DNA of 48,755 nucleotides from Saprospiraceae bacterium (GTDB taxonomy: Bacteria; Bacteroidota; Bacteroidia; Chitinophagales; Saprospiraceae), in NCBI GenBank assembly GCA_020627985.1, contig JAHDFV010000002.1, positions 1 through 48,755 of the forward strand, in the 5' to 3' direction. Within the stretch, counting starts at the first letter, position 1; the number at the start of each line of letters is the position of its first letter. Under the pieces are notes generated by a model, which did not search any database, was not told the origin of the DNA, and worked only from the letters and a program-made list of their open reading frames with translations. The position numbers and the translations under genes were made by a program. This document shows, piece after piece, positions 16,868 to 27,300 of the stretch.

Positions 16868-17425
16868 GTGAAACAGTCAAAAGTCAAACAAAATATAATT
16901 GAAACCGCTTCTAATCTATTCTATAAGAATGGTTATAATTCTACTGGGATTAATGAAATAATATCTGAAGCAGGTATTGCAAAGGCAACTTTATATAATC
17001 ATTTCAAATCTAAAGAAGATCTTTGTTTGTCTTATTTAAAATTCAAAAATTCTACTTTCCTTGAAGAAATTAGCAAATATTGTATAGCTAAACCTAAAGG
17101 GAAAAAACAAGTATTAGCCATATTCGATTTTCTGTCTTCCTTTTATAATGACAAAGATTTCAATGGATGTTGGTGTATTAAAACTGTTTCCGAAATACCA
17201 AAGCATAACGAAAAGATTCGAAAAGAAATTAAACATCAAAAGGAATTATTTATAACTTTTATATCACATTTAGTTCAAGAAAATATAGAAATAAATCAAG
17301 AATTAATTCCGTCACTTTCAAAGCAAATTTATCTTTTGTATGAGAGTGCTGTTGCAGAAAGTTATTTACATCAAAAGAATTGGCCGATAGTAGAAACTAA
17401 AAATTTATGTTCTAAAATATTATAA
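16868..17425 (+). CDS. TetR/AcrR-family transcriptional regulator
   Basis: N-terminal HTH (GYNSTGINEIISEAGIAKATLYNHFKSKEDL). GTG start. Confidence 0.85.
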   Translation: MKQSKVKQNIIETASNLFYKNGYNSTGINEIISEAGIAKATLYNHFKSKEDLCLSYLKFKNSTFLEEISKYCIAKPKGKKQVLAIFDFLSSFYNDKDFNGCWCIKTVSEIPKHNEKIRKEIKHQKELFITFISHLVQENIEINQELIPSLSKQIYLLYESAVAESYLHQKNWPIVETKNLCSKIL

Positions 17426-17444
17426 AAAATTTATTTCACATAAT

Positions 17445-17458
17445 ACAGACTGGTCTGT
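17445..17458. promoter_or_regulatory. palindrome ACAGACTGGTCTGT (candidate TetR operator)
   Basis: ACAGAC-TG-GTCTGT, 28 nt upstream of the SDR ATG. It contains the same GTCTGTCTATTT string as the tetR-proximal site. Confidence 0.45.
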
Positions 17459-17485
17459 CTATTTTTAAATATTAAATTTATATTC

Positions 17486-18232
17486 ATGACAAATTTTAAA
17501 AATAAAGTTGCATTCGTAATTGGTGGTACGAGCGGTATTGGAAGAGCGACTACTGAACAATTATTAGCTAGTGGTTCAAGTGTTCATATTGTAGGCAGAA
17601 ATATTGATAAAATCGCAAATCAGCCTAATCTTTTTAAACATAAAGCAGATATAACAGATAGCAATCAGTTAGATCAATTAATCCAAACGATACAATCAAC
17701 AAGTCAAATTGATTTTTTAGTTAATGCATCAGGTATATTTGGTCCGAAACCTTTTCTAGATCATACCAAAGAAGATTATAATTCGTATTTAGATTTAAAG
17801 AGAGGATTCTTCTTTTTAACACAGTCAGTTGCCAAAAAGATGAAAGAAAATAAAGGGGGATCTATTGTAAATGTAGGATCTATGTGGGCAAAACAAGCGG
17901 TTAAAGCAACTCCTTCATCTGCTTATTCCATGCAAAAGGCAGGACTACATTCCTTAACTCAGCATTTAGCGATGGAATTAGCAGACCATAATATACGAGT
18001 AAATGCAGTTTCTCCTGCGGTTGTAAATACTCCTGTTTATCATGGTGTTTTTGGAGGAAAAGAAGAGGCTGAAAAAGCATTAATAGGATTTAATGGTTTC
18101 CATCCTATTGGTAGAAATGGAACGGCTCAAGATGTGGCAAACAGTATTGTATTTTTGCTATCTGACCAAACTTCCTGGGTTACAGGAGCCATTTGGGATA
18201 CCGATGGTGGTGTAAGAGCTGGTAGGAATTAA
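17486..18232 (+). CDS. SDR-family oxidoreductase
   Basis: Rossmann motif GGTSGIG, YxxxK active site (YSMQKAG) and a 248-aa classical SDR length. Confidence 0.85.
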   Translation: MTNFKNKVAFVIGGTSGIGRATTEQLLASGSSVHIVGRNIDKIANQPNLFKHKADITDSNQLDQLIQTIQSTSQIDFLVNASGIFGPKPFLDHTKEDYNSYLDLKRGFFFLTQSVAKKMKENKGGSIVNVGSMWAKQAVKATPSSAYSMQKAGLHSLTQHLAMELADHNIRVNAVSPAVVNTPVYHGVFGGKEEAEKALIGFNGFHPIGRNGTAQDVANSIVFLLSDQTSWVTGAIWDTDGGVRAGRN

Positions 18233-18241
18233 TTTAATAAA

Positions 18242-18272
18242 AGAGGCTGTCTCAAAAGTAAAGACAGCCTCT
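18242..18272 (+). terminator. intrinsic terminator after the SDR gene
   Basis: AGAGGCTGTCT/AGACAGCCTCT stem followed by TTTTT. Confidence 0.8.
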
Positions 18273-18371
18273 TTTTATTTTCATTACATTAAGAGAAAAA
18301 TAACGAATAATTATACATCAGATCTTCATAATTTTAATCTTTGCTACGTTATGAAATAAAAATATTTTTTG

Positions 18372-19581
18372 ATGAAATACTATTTATTCTTTTTGATTCA
18401 ATTCTTCTTCCTTATAAATTCCTGGGGTCAGAAACAAAAATGTGACAATTCTCTTTTTACATTTCCATTACCAGAAAAAGAAAAGGCTTGCATGGCTCAA
18501 TTTGATATTCATGCAGAAGGAGTCAATCATGTAAATACTTTTATTTTAGCAAAAATGACCGAATTGATGTATCCAGAACGATTGGATTATCAACTTCGTT
18601 TTTTGAAAGATTCTTTGGTTGGAGATACTTTAACATCAACCGAATGGTTAGTTAAAAATACACAAGTAATAGAAGAAAATTTCGAATGTGCTTTTAAAGC
18701 TCGGTTTGCTCATTACTTTAAACCTGAGGATAAAGTTAGCTTCACTTTTATTCATAAAACGTACAAAGACAATAAGTACAAAAGGATATGATCCAGAAGT
18801 CATTTTAATTTCTACAAAAGATGCTATTTTCATTGTTTACCGGGGAACAGATAGCGTTGGAGATGATCTATTGGCTGAGTGGACTGGGACTGATTTTAAA
18901 ATTGGAATGGTTGAAGGAGATGGTGCTTTAAAAGATATTAAAATTCATAAAGGTTTTTGGGGCAGTTTTGTCATTATGCGAAATGAATTGATCGATCATT
19001 TAAAAAGACTTGATGGGAAAAATAAAAAGATTTGGATTACAGGACATAGTTTAGGCGGAGCCATGTCTATCCTTTCTGCCGCTTATTTAGAAGGTTTTGG
19101 ATTCCCCATTCAAAATGTATATACTTATGCTTCTCCAAGAGCAATTGGAGGTAAGAAGTTTATGAATAAGGTAGATGAATTACTTCCGAATAAAATTCAA
19201 CGCTTTGAATATTTCCTTGACCCGATTGCCATGCTTTGGACTCCTCCTTACAAAAATAATGGAAAAAGAAATTGGTATGAAAGTGCAGAAAAAGGAAATT
19301 ACAAATTACATCTTGATACCAAGGAAAGATATATTTCTACTAATCCAACTGAATTTAATCGAGTCCCATTTTTTGACAAACGATCGAAAGAAGATGTAAG
19401 ATTACATCGTCAACGCTATAACGCTTTCATGACTGATTCAAAAATGAAAGTCCATTTTCATAATTCTCAATGGTATGTAAAGGCTGCTTATGCACAATTA
19501 ACTGAAGAAGAAAAAAAGCGTTTACCAAGCGTAGATGATAGTTATCCTTTCTTGTATTATGGAGCTTCATTTGGGAAATAA
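18372..19581 (+). pseudogene. class-3 (fungal-type) lipase, interrupted by a +1 frameshift
   Basis: The 140-aa ORF carries the signal peptide and N-terminal region. The 297-aa ORF carries YRGT and the GHSLGGA nucleophile elbow. The frames join at the A4 tract at 18780-18783 (KYK|GYDPEV). The downstream frame has no plausible independent start. Confidence 0.6.
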
Positions 19582-19586
19582 AAAAA

Positions 19587-19603
19587 GGCAGCTTTTAGCT
19601 GCC
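19587..19603. terminator. bidirectional intrinsic terminator
   Basis: GGCAGCT-TTT-AGCTGCC flanked by A6 and T7. It sits between the convergent lipase and peptide genes. Confidence 0.75.
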
Positions 19604-19620
19604 TTTTTTTATTTCTATGA

Positions 19621-19788
19621 TTATCCAATAACTTGGTCTTCAATGACAATTTGAGGTCGCCCAATTATATCATCTTCAATCACAATTTCAGATCTCATAA
19701 TCAAGTTATCTTCTATAACAATTTGGGTTGCGCCACCTTTAATTTCTTTTAAAGCTTTTTTGTCTAATTTCTTGAATGTCTTCATCAT
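19621..19788 (-). CDS. 55-aa peptide with a GG-type leader and a triplicated 12-aa core (not in the ORF track)
   Basis: Hand translation gives MMKTFKKLDKKALKEIKGG / ATQIVIEDNLIM / RSEIVIEDDIIG / RPQIVIEDQVIG. A bidirectional terminator lies immediately downstream. Confidence 0.55.
   Translation of the reverse strand: MMKTFKKLDKKALKEIKGGATQIVIEDNLIMRSEIVIEDDIIGRPQIVIEDQVIG
19624..19731 (-). repeat. 3 x 36-bp in-frame tandem repeat encoding xxxIVIEDxxIx
   Basis: Three consecutive 12-codon units share (Q/E)IVIED. The copies diverge at synonymous and flanking positions. Confidence 0.8.
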
Positions 19789-19838
19789 TTTTATATGTTT
19801 AGTATTAAAAATATATACTCTAAGATATAAAATTTAGA

Positions 19839-20315
19839 TCAACCTATTGATTTCAAAGCTTGATGCGCTACAACACCAAAAGTTACTGCAACATTTAAGC
19901 AAGGTGTTTCTCCTAAAGATGGGATATAAACTGACCCATCCATCAATTCGATCGCTTCTGGTTCTAATCCTTCTTTTTCACTTCCTAATAGGATTAAATC
20001 ATTTTCTTGAAATTGAAAATCATTTAAAGATTGGGATGTTTCATTGACTAGTGTAGCAATTTTTCTACCAGGGTAATTCTTAAGAAATTCAATTTTATCT
20101 TCAACGACAACTACTTCTATATGATTAATCGCACCAGCTGTCCAAACTCGGGCCAAGTGTTGCATATCTGCTCTAGATGTTTTGTTATTAGGGGGAGAAA
20201 GCAGATTATTTTTATCATAGATATAAATCTTTTTCATCCCATAAAACTCCGCAGACCGAATCATGGATGACATGTTTGGTCTGTATTCTGGTGCATATAA
20301 TAAAGCGTTAATCAT
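19839..20315 (-). CDS. SpoU/TrmH-family RNA 2'-O-methyltransferase
   Basis: C-terminal SPOUT knot motifs (LLGSEKEGL...VYIPSLGETPCLNVAVTFGVV). 158 aa, a minimal TrmL-like size. Confidence 0.75.
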   Translation of the reverse strand: MINALLYAPEYRPNMSSMIRSAEFYGMKKIYIYDKNNLLSPPNNKTSRADMQHLARVWTAGAINHIEVVVVEDKIEFLKNYPGRKIATLVNETSQSLNDFQFQENDLILLGSEKEGLEPEAIELMDGSVYIPSLGETPCLNVAVTFGVVAHQALKSIG

Positions 20316-20352
20316 TCTTAAAATTTATTTGACTCTAAAAGTTAAATAAAAA

Positions 20353-20382
20353 AGTCGGCTTGAATAATTATTCAAGCCGACT
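20353..20382 (-). terminator. intrinsic terminator after ileS
   Basis: Perfect AGTCGGCTTGAATAA/TTATTCAAGCCGACT palindrome flanked by A and T runs. Confidence 0.8.
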
Positions 20383-20403
20383 TTTTTATTTCTATTAAGT
20401 ATT

Positions 20404-23400
20404 TTAATTTTTATGTACAGCAAAAACAATATCTACGCCATCCATATCGACTATATCTCCTTTAACACTTTTAGCTAAAGTTAACGAATCTGCTAAAACT
20501 TCTGCTTTTACATAATCTCCAAATTGATTGATCGCAGTTTCTAACATATCATGATGTTGGATATTAACTTTGATTCTATCCGTAACATTGAAATCTTTGG
20601 CTTTACGTAAATTTTGTATTCTATTGACTAATTCACGCGCCATCCCTTCCGCTTTAAGATCTTCCGTTAAAGTGATATCTAAAGCGACTGTTAAAGGACC
20701 ATCATTTGCTACTGACCAGCCTGGTATATCATCAGAAGTGATGATGAAATCTTCTAGTCCTAATTCAAATGATTCTCCATTTGCTTTAACCGTAAAGTTT
20801 CCTTTGCTTTCTAATTCAGCGATATTGTCTTGTGAAAAACCATTGATCACTTGAGAAACCGCTTTCATGTTTTTACCTAATTTCCTTCCCAATGTTTTGA
20901 AATTAGCTTTGATACTTTTGTTGACGATACCTGAAGTATCCGTGATGTATTCAAATTCTTTTACATTCACTTCCGAAAGGATTAAATCTTTTACTGCTTC
21001 TACTTGTTTTTGGAAAGATTTATCTAGTATGGGTAATAATACCTTTTGCAAAGGTTGACGAACACGGATTACTTCTTTTTTCCGTAGGGATAGAACCAAA
21101 GAAGATATTCTTTGTGCATAATCCATTCGTTGTTCCAATTCTTTATCGATCACTTTTTCATTTGCCTTAGGTAAAAATGCTAAGTGAACTGATATGTGCT
21201 TTTCTTTACCTGTTGCATTATTTAAATCTTGGTATAAACGATCTGCAAAGAACGGTGCTATAGGCGCCATTAGTTTAGCAACAGTATCCAAACAGGTATA
21301 TAGTGTTTGGTATGCTGCTAATTTATCTGTACTCATTTCTCCTTTCCAGAAACGACGACGGCATAAACGAACGTACCAATTACTTAAGTTATCTAATACA
21401 AAAGATTGTACTTTTCTAGCAGCATTGGTTGGTTCATAATCATTGTAATCTGCATCTACTTCTTTGACTAAGGAATTCAATAAGGAGATGATCCAACGAT
21501 CTATTTCTGGCCGTTTATTTAATGGCACTTCTTTTTCACTGTAATCGAATTTGTCGATGTTTGCATATAAGGCAAAGAAAGAATAGGTATTGTATAAAGT
21601 ACCAAAGAATCTTCTTCGTGTTTCATCTAGATATTCTTCATTGAATTTCAGATTGTCCCAGGGCTGCGCATTAGATAACATATACCAACGAGTAGCATCT
21701 GCTCCATATTTATCGATGGTTACAAAAGGATCAACTGCATTGCCCCAACGCTTAGACATTTTTCGTCCATTCTTATCCAATACTAATCCATTAGATACAA
21801 CCGCTTTGTAGGCAACACTATCAAAAGCCATTACACCAATTGCATGCAAGGTATAGAACCAACCTCTCGTTTGATCAACCCCTTCTGCAATGAAATTAGC
21901 TGGAAAGTTTCTTTCAAATTTTTCTTTGTTCTCAAAAGGATAATGCCACTGAGCATAAGGCATAGACCCTGAATCAAACCATACATCAATTAGATCTAAT
22001 TCTCTGGTTAGTTTTTCTCCATCTTTTGTACATAAAACAACATCATCTATATAAGGACGGTGTAAATCTTTAGGTACACTTTGCTTTAAGCCTAATTTCT
22101 TATTCGCGAAAGTTATTTCTTTTGCTAATTCCTCTATTGATCCAATACATATTTCTTTCGTTCCTTCACTGTTTCTCCATATCGGTAATGGTATTCCCCA
22201 ATATCTCGAACGAGAAAGGTTCCAATCGTTTAGGTTTTCTAACCAGTTCCCAAAACGTTTCTCTCCTGTTGCAGCTGGTTTCCATTGTATGGTTTTATTT
22301 AACTCAACCATTCTTTTTTTAGCTGCAGTTGCTTTTACAAACCAAGAATCTAAAGGATAATATAAAACAGGTTTATCCGTTCTCCAACAATGCGGATAAT
22401 TGTGCTCATATTTTTGAACATTAAAGGCTTTGTTTTCAGTCTTTAATTGTACGGCGATATCTACATCTGTATTCACATAATTAGGATCGTCTTTATAATT
22501 CTTGACGTATTTATTGGCCAAAGGTCCTGCTTCTTTTACGAATTTACCTTGCATATCCACAAGAGGTACAGGATTACCTTGTTCATCATCTACTGTTAAA
22601 GGAACGATTCCATTTTGTTCTGCAACCCGTTTATCATCTGCACCAAATGTTGGAGCGATGTGAACGATACCTGTACCATCTGATGTGGTAACAAAATCAC
22701 CTATGATTACTCTAAAGGCATCTCCTTTGGGTTGTACATAAGGCAACAATTGCTCATAATTTACATCGGCTAATTGTGATCCTTTATACTCATTGATGAT
22801 TTGATATGGTATTTTATTTCTATCCTTTTTCTCTACTGTGGCAAATCCATCTACATCGCCGTTTAAGTTTGTTTCTTTGAACCATTTCCCTAAAAGGTCT
22901 TTGGCTAATATTACAGATACTCTTTCAAATGTATAAGGGTTATAGGTATCGACTTTGACGTATTTTATATTTTTGCCTACGGCTAATGCAGTATTACTCG
23001 GTAAAGTCCAAGGCGTTGTTGTCCAAGCTAAGAAACGAACATCTTCATTTTCATTATCAAATAAAAACTCAGACGCTTTTTCCGCTTTTACTTTAAATTG
23101 ACCAACAACGGTAGTGTCTTTTACATCTTTATAGCAACCAGGTTGATTTAATTCGTGAGAACTTAAACCTGTTCCTGCTGCTGGTGAATATGGCTGTATA
23201 CTTTTACCTTTATACAACAAATTCTTTTTATATAAACGCTGTAATATATTCCAAACGGATTCTATATAGTTATTTTCATAGGTGATATATGGATCATCTA
23301 AATCTACCCAATATCCCATTTTAGTCGTGACATCATTCCATTGATCGGTGAAACGCATTACGGTTTCTCTACATTTCTTGTTATAATCATCTACCGATAT

Positions 23401-24087
23401 TTTTTTACCGATATCTTCTTTGGTGATGCCTAATTCTGATTCTACTTTTAATTCTATGGGCAATCCATGCGTATCCCATCCCGCTTTTCGTTCCACTCGC
23501 ATTCCTTTCATGGTACGATATCTACAAAAGGTGTCCTTTACGGTTCTTGCCATCACATGATGTATACCCGGTTGTCCATTAGCTGAAGGAGGACCTTCAT
23601 AGAAAACAAAAGAATTATCTTTCGGTCTTTCTTCTACAGATTTTTCAAAAACCTTGTGCTTTTTCCAGAAAGCTAACATTTCTTTATCAACAGTTACTAA
23701 ATCTAATTTAGGATATGTTTTATATTTTCCTTTTTTAGTTGCTGACGTAGAAAGGGTTTTCGGTTTCTTTGCTGTTGGTTTTTTCGTTTCTATCTTCTTT
23801 GTAGTTGCTTTTTTTACTGATGAAACCTTTTTCTTTTTAGATGTTACCCTTTCTTTTTTCACAGCAGTCTTTTCGACTGTTCTTTTTTTCAAAGCAAGAG
23901 GTTTTTGTGGATTTTTCAATGCTTTTAATTCAGCCTTTAATTGTCTGATCTGATCTTTAGCTACGTTGATGCGGTAGCTAATTTGAACAGGATTTTGATC
24001 TTTTATAGTGGCTAGAAAATCCAATTCTATTTGGTAGCGGACGATTAGGTTTCCTAATTCGTATTCTGTTAGATTTTTATTTGACAT
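20404..24087 (-). CDS. ileS: isoleucine--tRNA ligase (type 2) with a ~125-aa Lys-rich N-terminal extension
   Basis: Has the HIGH signature (PSANGQPGIHH) and KMSKS (RKMSKRWGN). The body is a typical Bacteroidota IleS from about KTYPKLDL onward. The extension is in frame, has no internal start and is preceded by a -7 box. Confidence 0.92.
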   Translation of the reverse strand: MSNKNLTEYELGNLIVRYQIELDFLATIKDQNPVQISYRINVAKDQIRQLKAELKALKNPQKPLALKKRTVEKTAVKKERVTSKKKKVSSVKKATTKKIETKKPTAKKPKTLSTSATKKGKYKTYPKLDLVTVDKEMLAFWKKHKVFEKSVEERPKDNSFVFYEGPPSANGQPGIHHVMARTVKDTFCRYRTMKGMRVERKAGWDTHGLPIELKVESELGITKEDIGKKISVDDYNKKCRETVMRFTDQWNDVTTKMGYWVDLDDPYITYENNYIESVWNILQRLYKKNLLYKGKSIQPYSPAAGTGLSSHELNQPGCYKDVKDTTVVGQFKVKAEKASEFLFDNENEDVRFLAWTTTPWTLPSNTALAVGKNIKYVKVDTYNPYTFERVSVILAKDLLGKWFKETNLNGDVDGFATVEKKDRNKIPYQIINEYKGSQLADVNYEQLLPYVQPKGDAFRVIIGDFVTTSDGTGIVHIAPTFGADDKRVAEQNGIVPLTVDDEQGNPVPLVDMQGKFVKEAGPLANKYVKNYKDDPNYVNTDVDIAVQLKTENKAFNVQKYEHNYPHCWRTDKPVLYYPLDSWFVKATAAKKRMVELNKTIQWKPAATGEKRFGNWLENLNDWNLSRSRYWGIPLPIWRNSEGTKEICIGSIEELAKEITFANKKLGLKQSVPKDLHRPYIDDVVLCTKDGEKLTRELDLIDVWFDSGSMPYAQWHYPFENKEKFERNFPANFIAEGVDQTRGWFYTLHAIGVMAFDSVAYKAVVSNGLVLDKNGRKMSKRWGNAVDPFVTIDKYGADATRWYMLSNAQPWDNLKFNEEYLDETRRRFFGTLYNTYSFFALYANIDKFDYSEKEVPLNKRPEIDRWIISLLNSLVKEVDADYNDYEPTNAARKVQSFVLDNLSNWYVRLCRRRFWKGEMSTDKLAAYQTLYTCLDTVAKLMAPIAPFFADRLYQDLNNATGKEKHISVHLAFLPKANEKVIDKELEQRMDYAQRISSLVLSLRKKEVIRVRQPLQKVLLPILDKSFQKQVEAVKDLILSEVNVKEFEYITDTSGIVNKSIKANFKTLGRKLGKNMKAVSQVINGFSQDNIAELESKGNFTVKANGESFELGLEDFIITSDDIPGWSVANDGPLTVALDITLTEDLKAEGMARELVNRIQNLRKAKDFNVTDRIKVNIQHHDMLETAINQFGDYVKAEVLADSLTLAKSVKGDIVDMDGVDIVFAVHKN

Positions 24088-24109
24088 TTCGACTGAATTT
24101 TTAAAGGTG

Positions 24110-24117
24110 CAAATGTA
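24110..24117 (-). promoter_or_regulatory. -7 box (TACATTTG) for ileS
   Basis: Perfect TAnnTTTG match 23 nt upstream of the ATG at 24087. Confidence 0.5.
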
Positions 24118-24156
24118 TTAAATTAAATGCGTTTCTTTTTGAGAATGAAAAGAAAA

Positions 24157-24185
24157 AGCCTCTACGGAATTCATCCGTAGAGGCT
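24157..24185 (-). terminator. intrinsic terminator after the C25-like gene
   Basis: AGCCTCTACGGA/TCCGTAGAGGCT stem flanked by A5 and T6. Confidence 0.8.
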
Positions 24186-24353
24186 TTTTTATATCAATAA
24201 GATTACCCTGCGGATGTTTAACATCTACGAATAATAATATTGATCATTATATTTGAATTAAAATTCATTTCTATTTGTTTATTCTTCTTGATAAAGATAA
24301 GGCTGTTTTTAAAATAATGGTAATTTCTTTTTTAAAGTTCCCAAAATCAAACG

Positions 24354-27300
24354 CTATCGTAAAATCATCATTTTACCAAAGCCTTGTTTGAAGAATTTAT
24401 TCGTTCCAGTATCGTATTTTTCATAATCTTCTCCATCCTTTTTCACCACGACTCTATAGACATATACACCATTAGCTAATTTATCTCCATATTCATCTGT
24501 ACCATCCCATTTATATTCCGTGATATTATCTCCAATTCTTAATGGACCTAATTCATCCATGGTAATTTCACGAACAATTTTACCAGAAACCGTCATGATT
24601 TGAATTTTCATGTAATCTGGTAATTCATTCCCCGTAAGGGTGAATACAAATTGAGTAGAAGTAGAAAATGGATTTGGATAATTTAACATATTAGAGACTA
24701 ATTCTTCATTTACAATTTCAAATTGAACCCTGTAGGCTAAATCTCCTGAATTATTTCCTGTTGCATCTTTGCCTCTTACTTCTAATTCATAAATGCCATC
24801 TATAGTAAGCGATGGGCGAAATTCCATTTTCGCTTTATTTTCTTGCGATAAATTATTTGCATCTGCTGGAAAGAAAATCAGCGTAGAACCGTCTACATAA
24901 TATTCAGAAACATTATTTTCTGGATCGGTTAAGAAAACACGAAGTAAACTTGTGTCTGATAAAGCTAGATATGGATTCTCATCCAATAAAGAAATAATGA
25001 TTTCTGGAGAAGAGGCAACGAGGTCACCATCCATAATTCTTCTACCATCAAATGTTACATCTAATAATGGATTTCGTTGATCATTATTAATAAAGAATTC
25101 ACGGATACCTATATTATTATAATGATGTAATTCGACTTGATCATCATTTGGATTTGCTTCAATGATGATTCGATTTAATCCCGTAAGATTTCTCGTATCA
25201 TACGTTAATTCTCCTACGATCATATCTCCTTTCACTAAGGGTTTAATTCGATCTGTAGTGATCACTTGACTATTATCTGAACCTATAATGGTATAAGACA
25301 TTAATAAACTATCCATATCTACATCCGAAATATTTTCTATTCCGATTGCAATTTCAAGAGGTGCCCCTTGTTCTAGTGTGTCACTTTGGAATGTGAATAA
25401 TTTATTCGGAACCAAAGCTGCTTCAGGTATTGGAACATAATGTACTCTCCAATAATCCAATTGAGGAGTGGTATGACCTATGGTATCTTGAGAATGGTAG
25501 ATTAACTTTATATTAGGATAAAGTGCAGCATCAATTGTAGATAAGGGTTGATTAAATACAGAGATATTATCCATTACAAGGGTTTCTGTTCCATTGGCAG
25601 AAATGCCCATAATATCTACTTCTACACTTTCTGTTGTCGGATCATAATCATCTACATTCCATAACAAAGTTTCCCAAGAAGAAGCAGGACCAATTTCTGT
25701 TGAATACATCCAACCTTCAACTCCAAGTCCTTTAATAGCAAACGAAGCTTCAACCTCGTCAGAAGGATCTTGTCCTATTAATTCTATAGGAGAAAATTCT
25801 GTATTATTTTTTTGATACGCAAAAATATAAGGTGTTACTTCTGTTTCTAAATTTCTAATTTGAGAAGCTCCTTGTGCTTCTAGTAGATTAAATATATTTT
25901 CGCCGTTACTGTTTGAAATAGAATCTGCTGCCCAGTTATTCACATCTAAATTTTGAGGATTATTTTCTCTAAAGACATTATAGAATATTACATAATCATC
26001 GTCCTGTGCAACGGTATTTAAAGTATTCATAATCTTCGCTCTTTCGGCAGGCGAATCTGAATAAAAGATAAACCAATCAATAGGTACATCCCAACAATTT
26101 GGCGCTGCTCCCATCCCATTAGAAGGATTAACCCTTCTCGTTAAGGTTACAGGATCATAAATTGCCATAATAATGACTTCATTATGCCCTGGACAAGGCC
26201 AAGCTGTTATTTCTTTAAATCCTTCTTCAAATAAAGCAATTTCAATCCATCCTAAATTAGGATAACTATTATTGACTACAGCTATTTGCTTTTCTTGATC
26301 TCCATAAGATTGAGTTCTGGAAACTGGATCAATTTCATAATCATTAAAATCATCTTTGATAAATTGATAATAATGACTTTGATTCCAACCTGGAGGATTT
26401 GCATCTATATATACAAATGAACTGTTATGCCAATTGAATCCATTTCCTGCTATTGCAGTACTATCTATACTGACTCTCCAATAATATACCGTACTGTCAA
26501 TCATTGGTATTGCTGGATTCCAATCTAAAACTCCACCTGATTCTGTTATTACAGTAGATTCATTTAGAGGACTATTAAATAACTCAGTGGTATCAATTTC
26601 AAAATAATAATCTAATGTTTCTGAAAATACATTTGCTGTAGATGCTTTTAATATTGGATCATTGTCTGAAATGATACTAAAGTCATATGGATAAACAGGA
26701 AATATATCATTAGAGACAACGAAGAAAGGCACTTTAGCAAAATTATTAGATTCTGCTGCTGCAGGATCTTCGAATATTTCGTCATCATAATCTAGGGAAA
26801 TCTGAATATAATTAGAACCAATTGAGTTCGTTGGTTGAATAGGCAAACGGAATACATATGTTCTTTGAAAATTAGGAGCTTCAATTCTTCTTGTACCTAA
26901 ATTAATTAATGTTCCATTTGGTAATTCATTTTGTAAAAGAATATTGAATGAGTCTCTAATTCCTTTTCCTAAATTAGTTACAACTAGATTAAGATCAAAA
27001 CTATCTTCTTGAATATTTACAATAGATGGATCAATATTACTTTCTACATCATTTACAATATAATCTGGTGTTTCGTATGGATATAATTTCACTGCTGGAT
27101 CACCATGCAATACCAATGAATTTCTTAATAATTCAGCGGTATAAGAACTACTCTGGCTATAGTCATCTATAGTTGTTTTGATGATTTTTCCAAGTGTTGC
27201 TCCGTACTCATCATTTCCTACATTATCATAAAATTCTCTTGCATACTGACTTAAACTCCCTAAAGATGTAATCCATGTTGCACCAAAAAATCCAATACAA

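Noticed and set aside
18688-18780. N-terminal ~30 codons of the 297-aa lipase ORF (MLLKLGLLITLNLRIKLASLL...)
   Set aside because: This is an out-of-frame reading of the upstream lipase segment. The real protein sequence in this region is in the 140-aa ORF's frame, so the two are reported as one frameshifted gene.
23654-23953. 99-aa plus-strand Phe-rich ORF antisense to ileS
   Set aside because: It mirrors the AAA/AAG-rich Lys tract of the IleS extension (TTT/CTT on the other strand). I treat it as a compositional artefact, like the other short antisense ORFs inside ileS (20570-20854, 20867-21058, 21194-21439, 21590-21811, 22122-22322).
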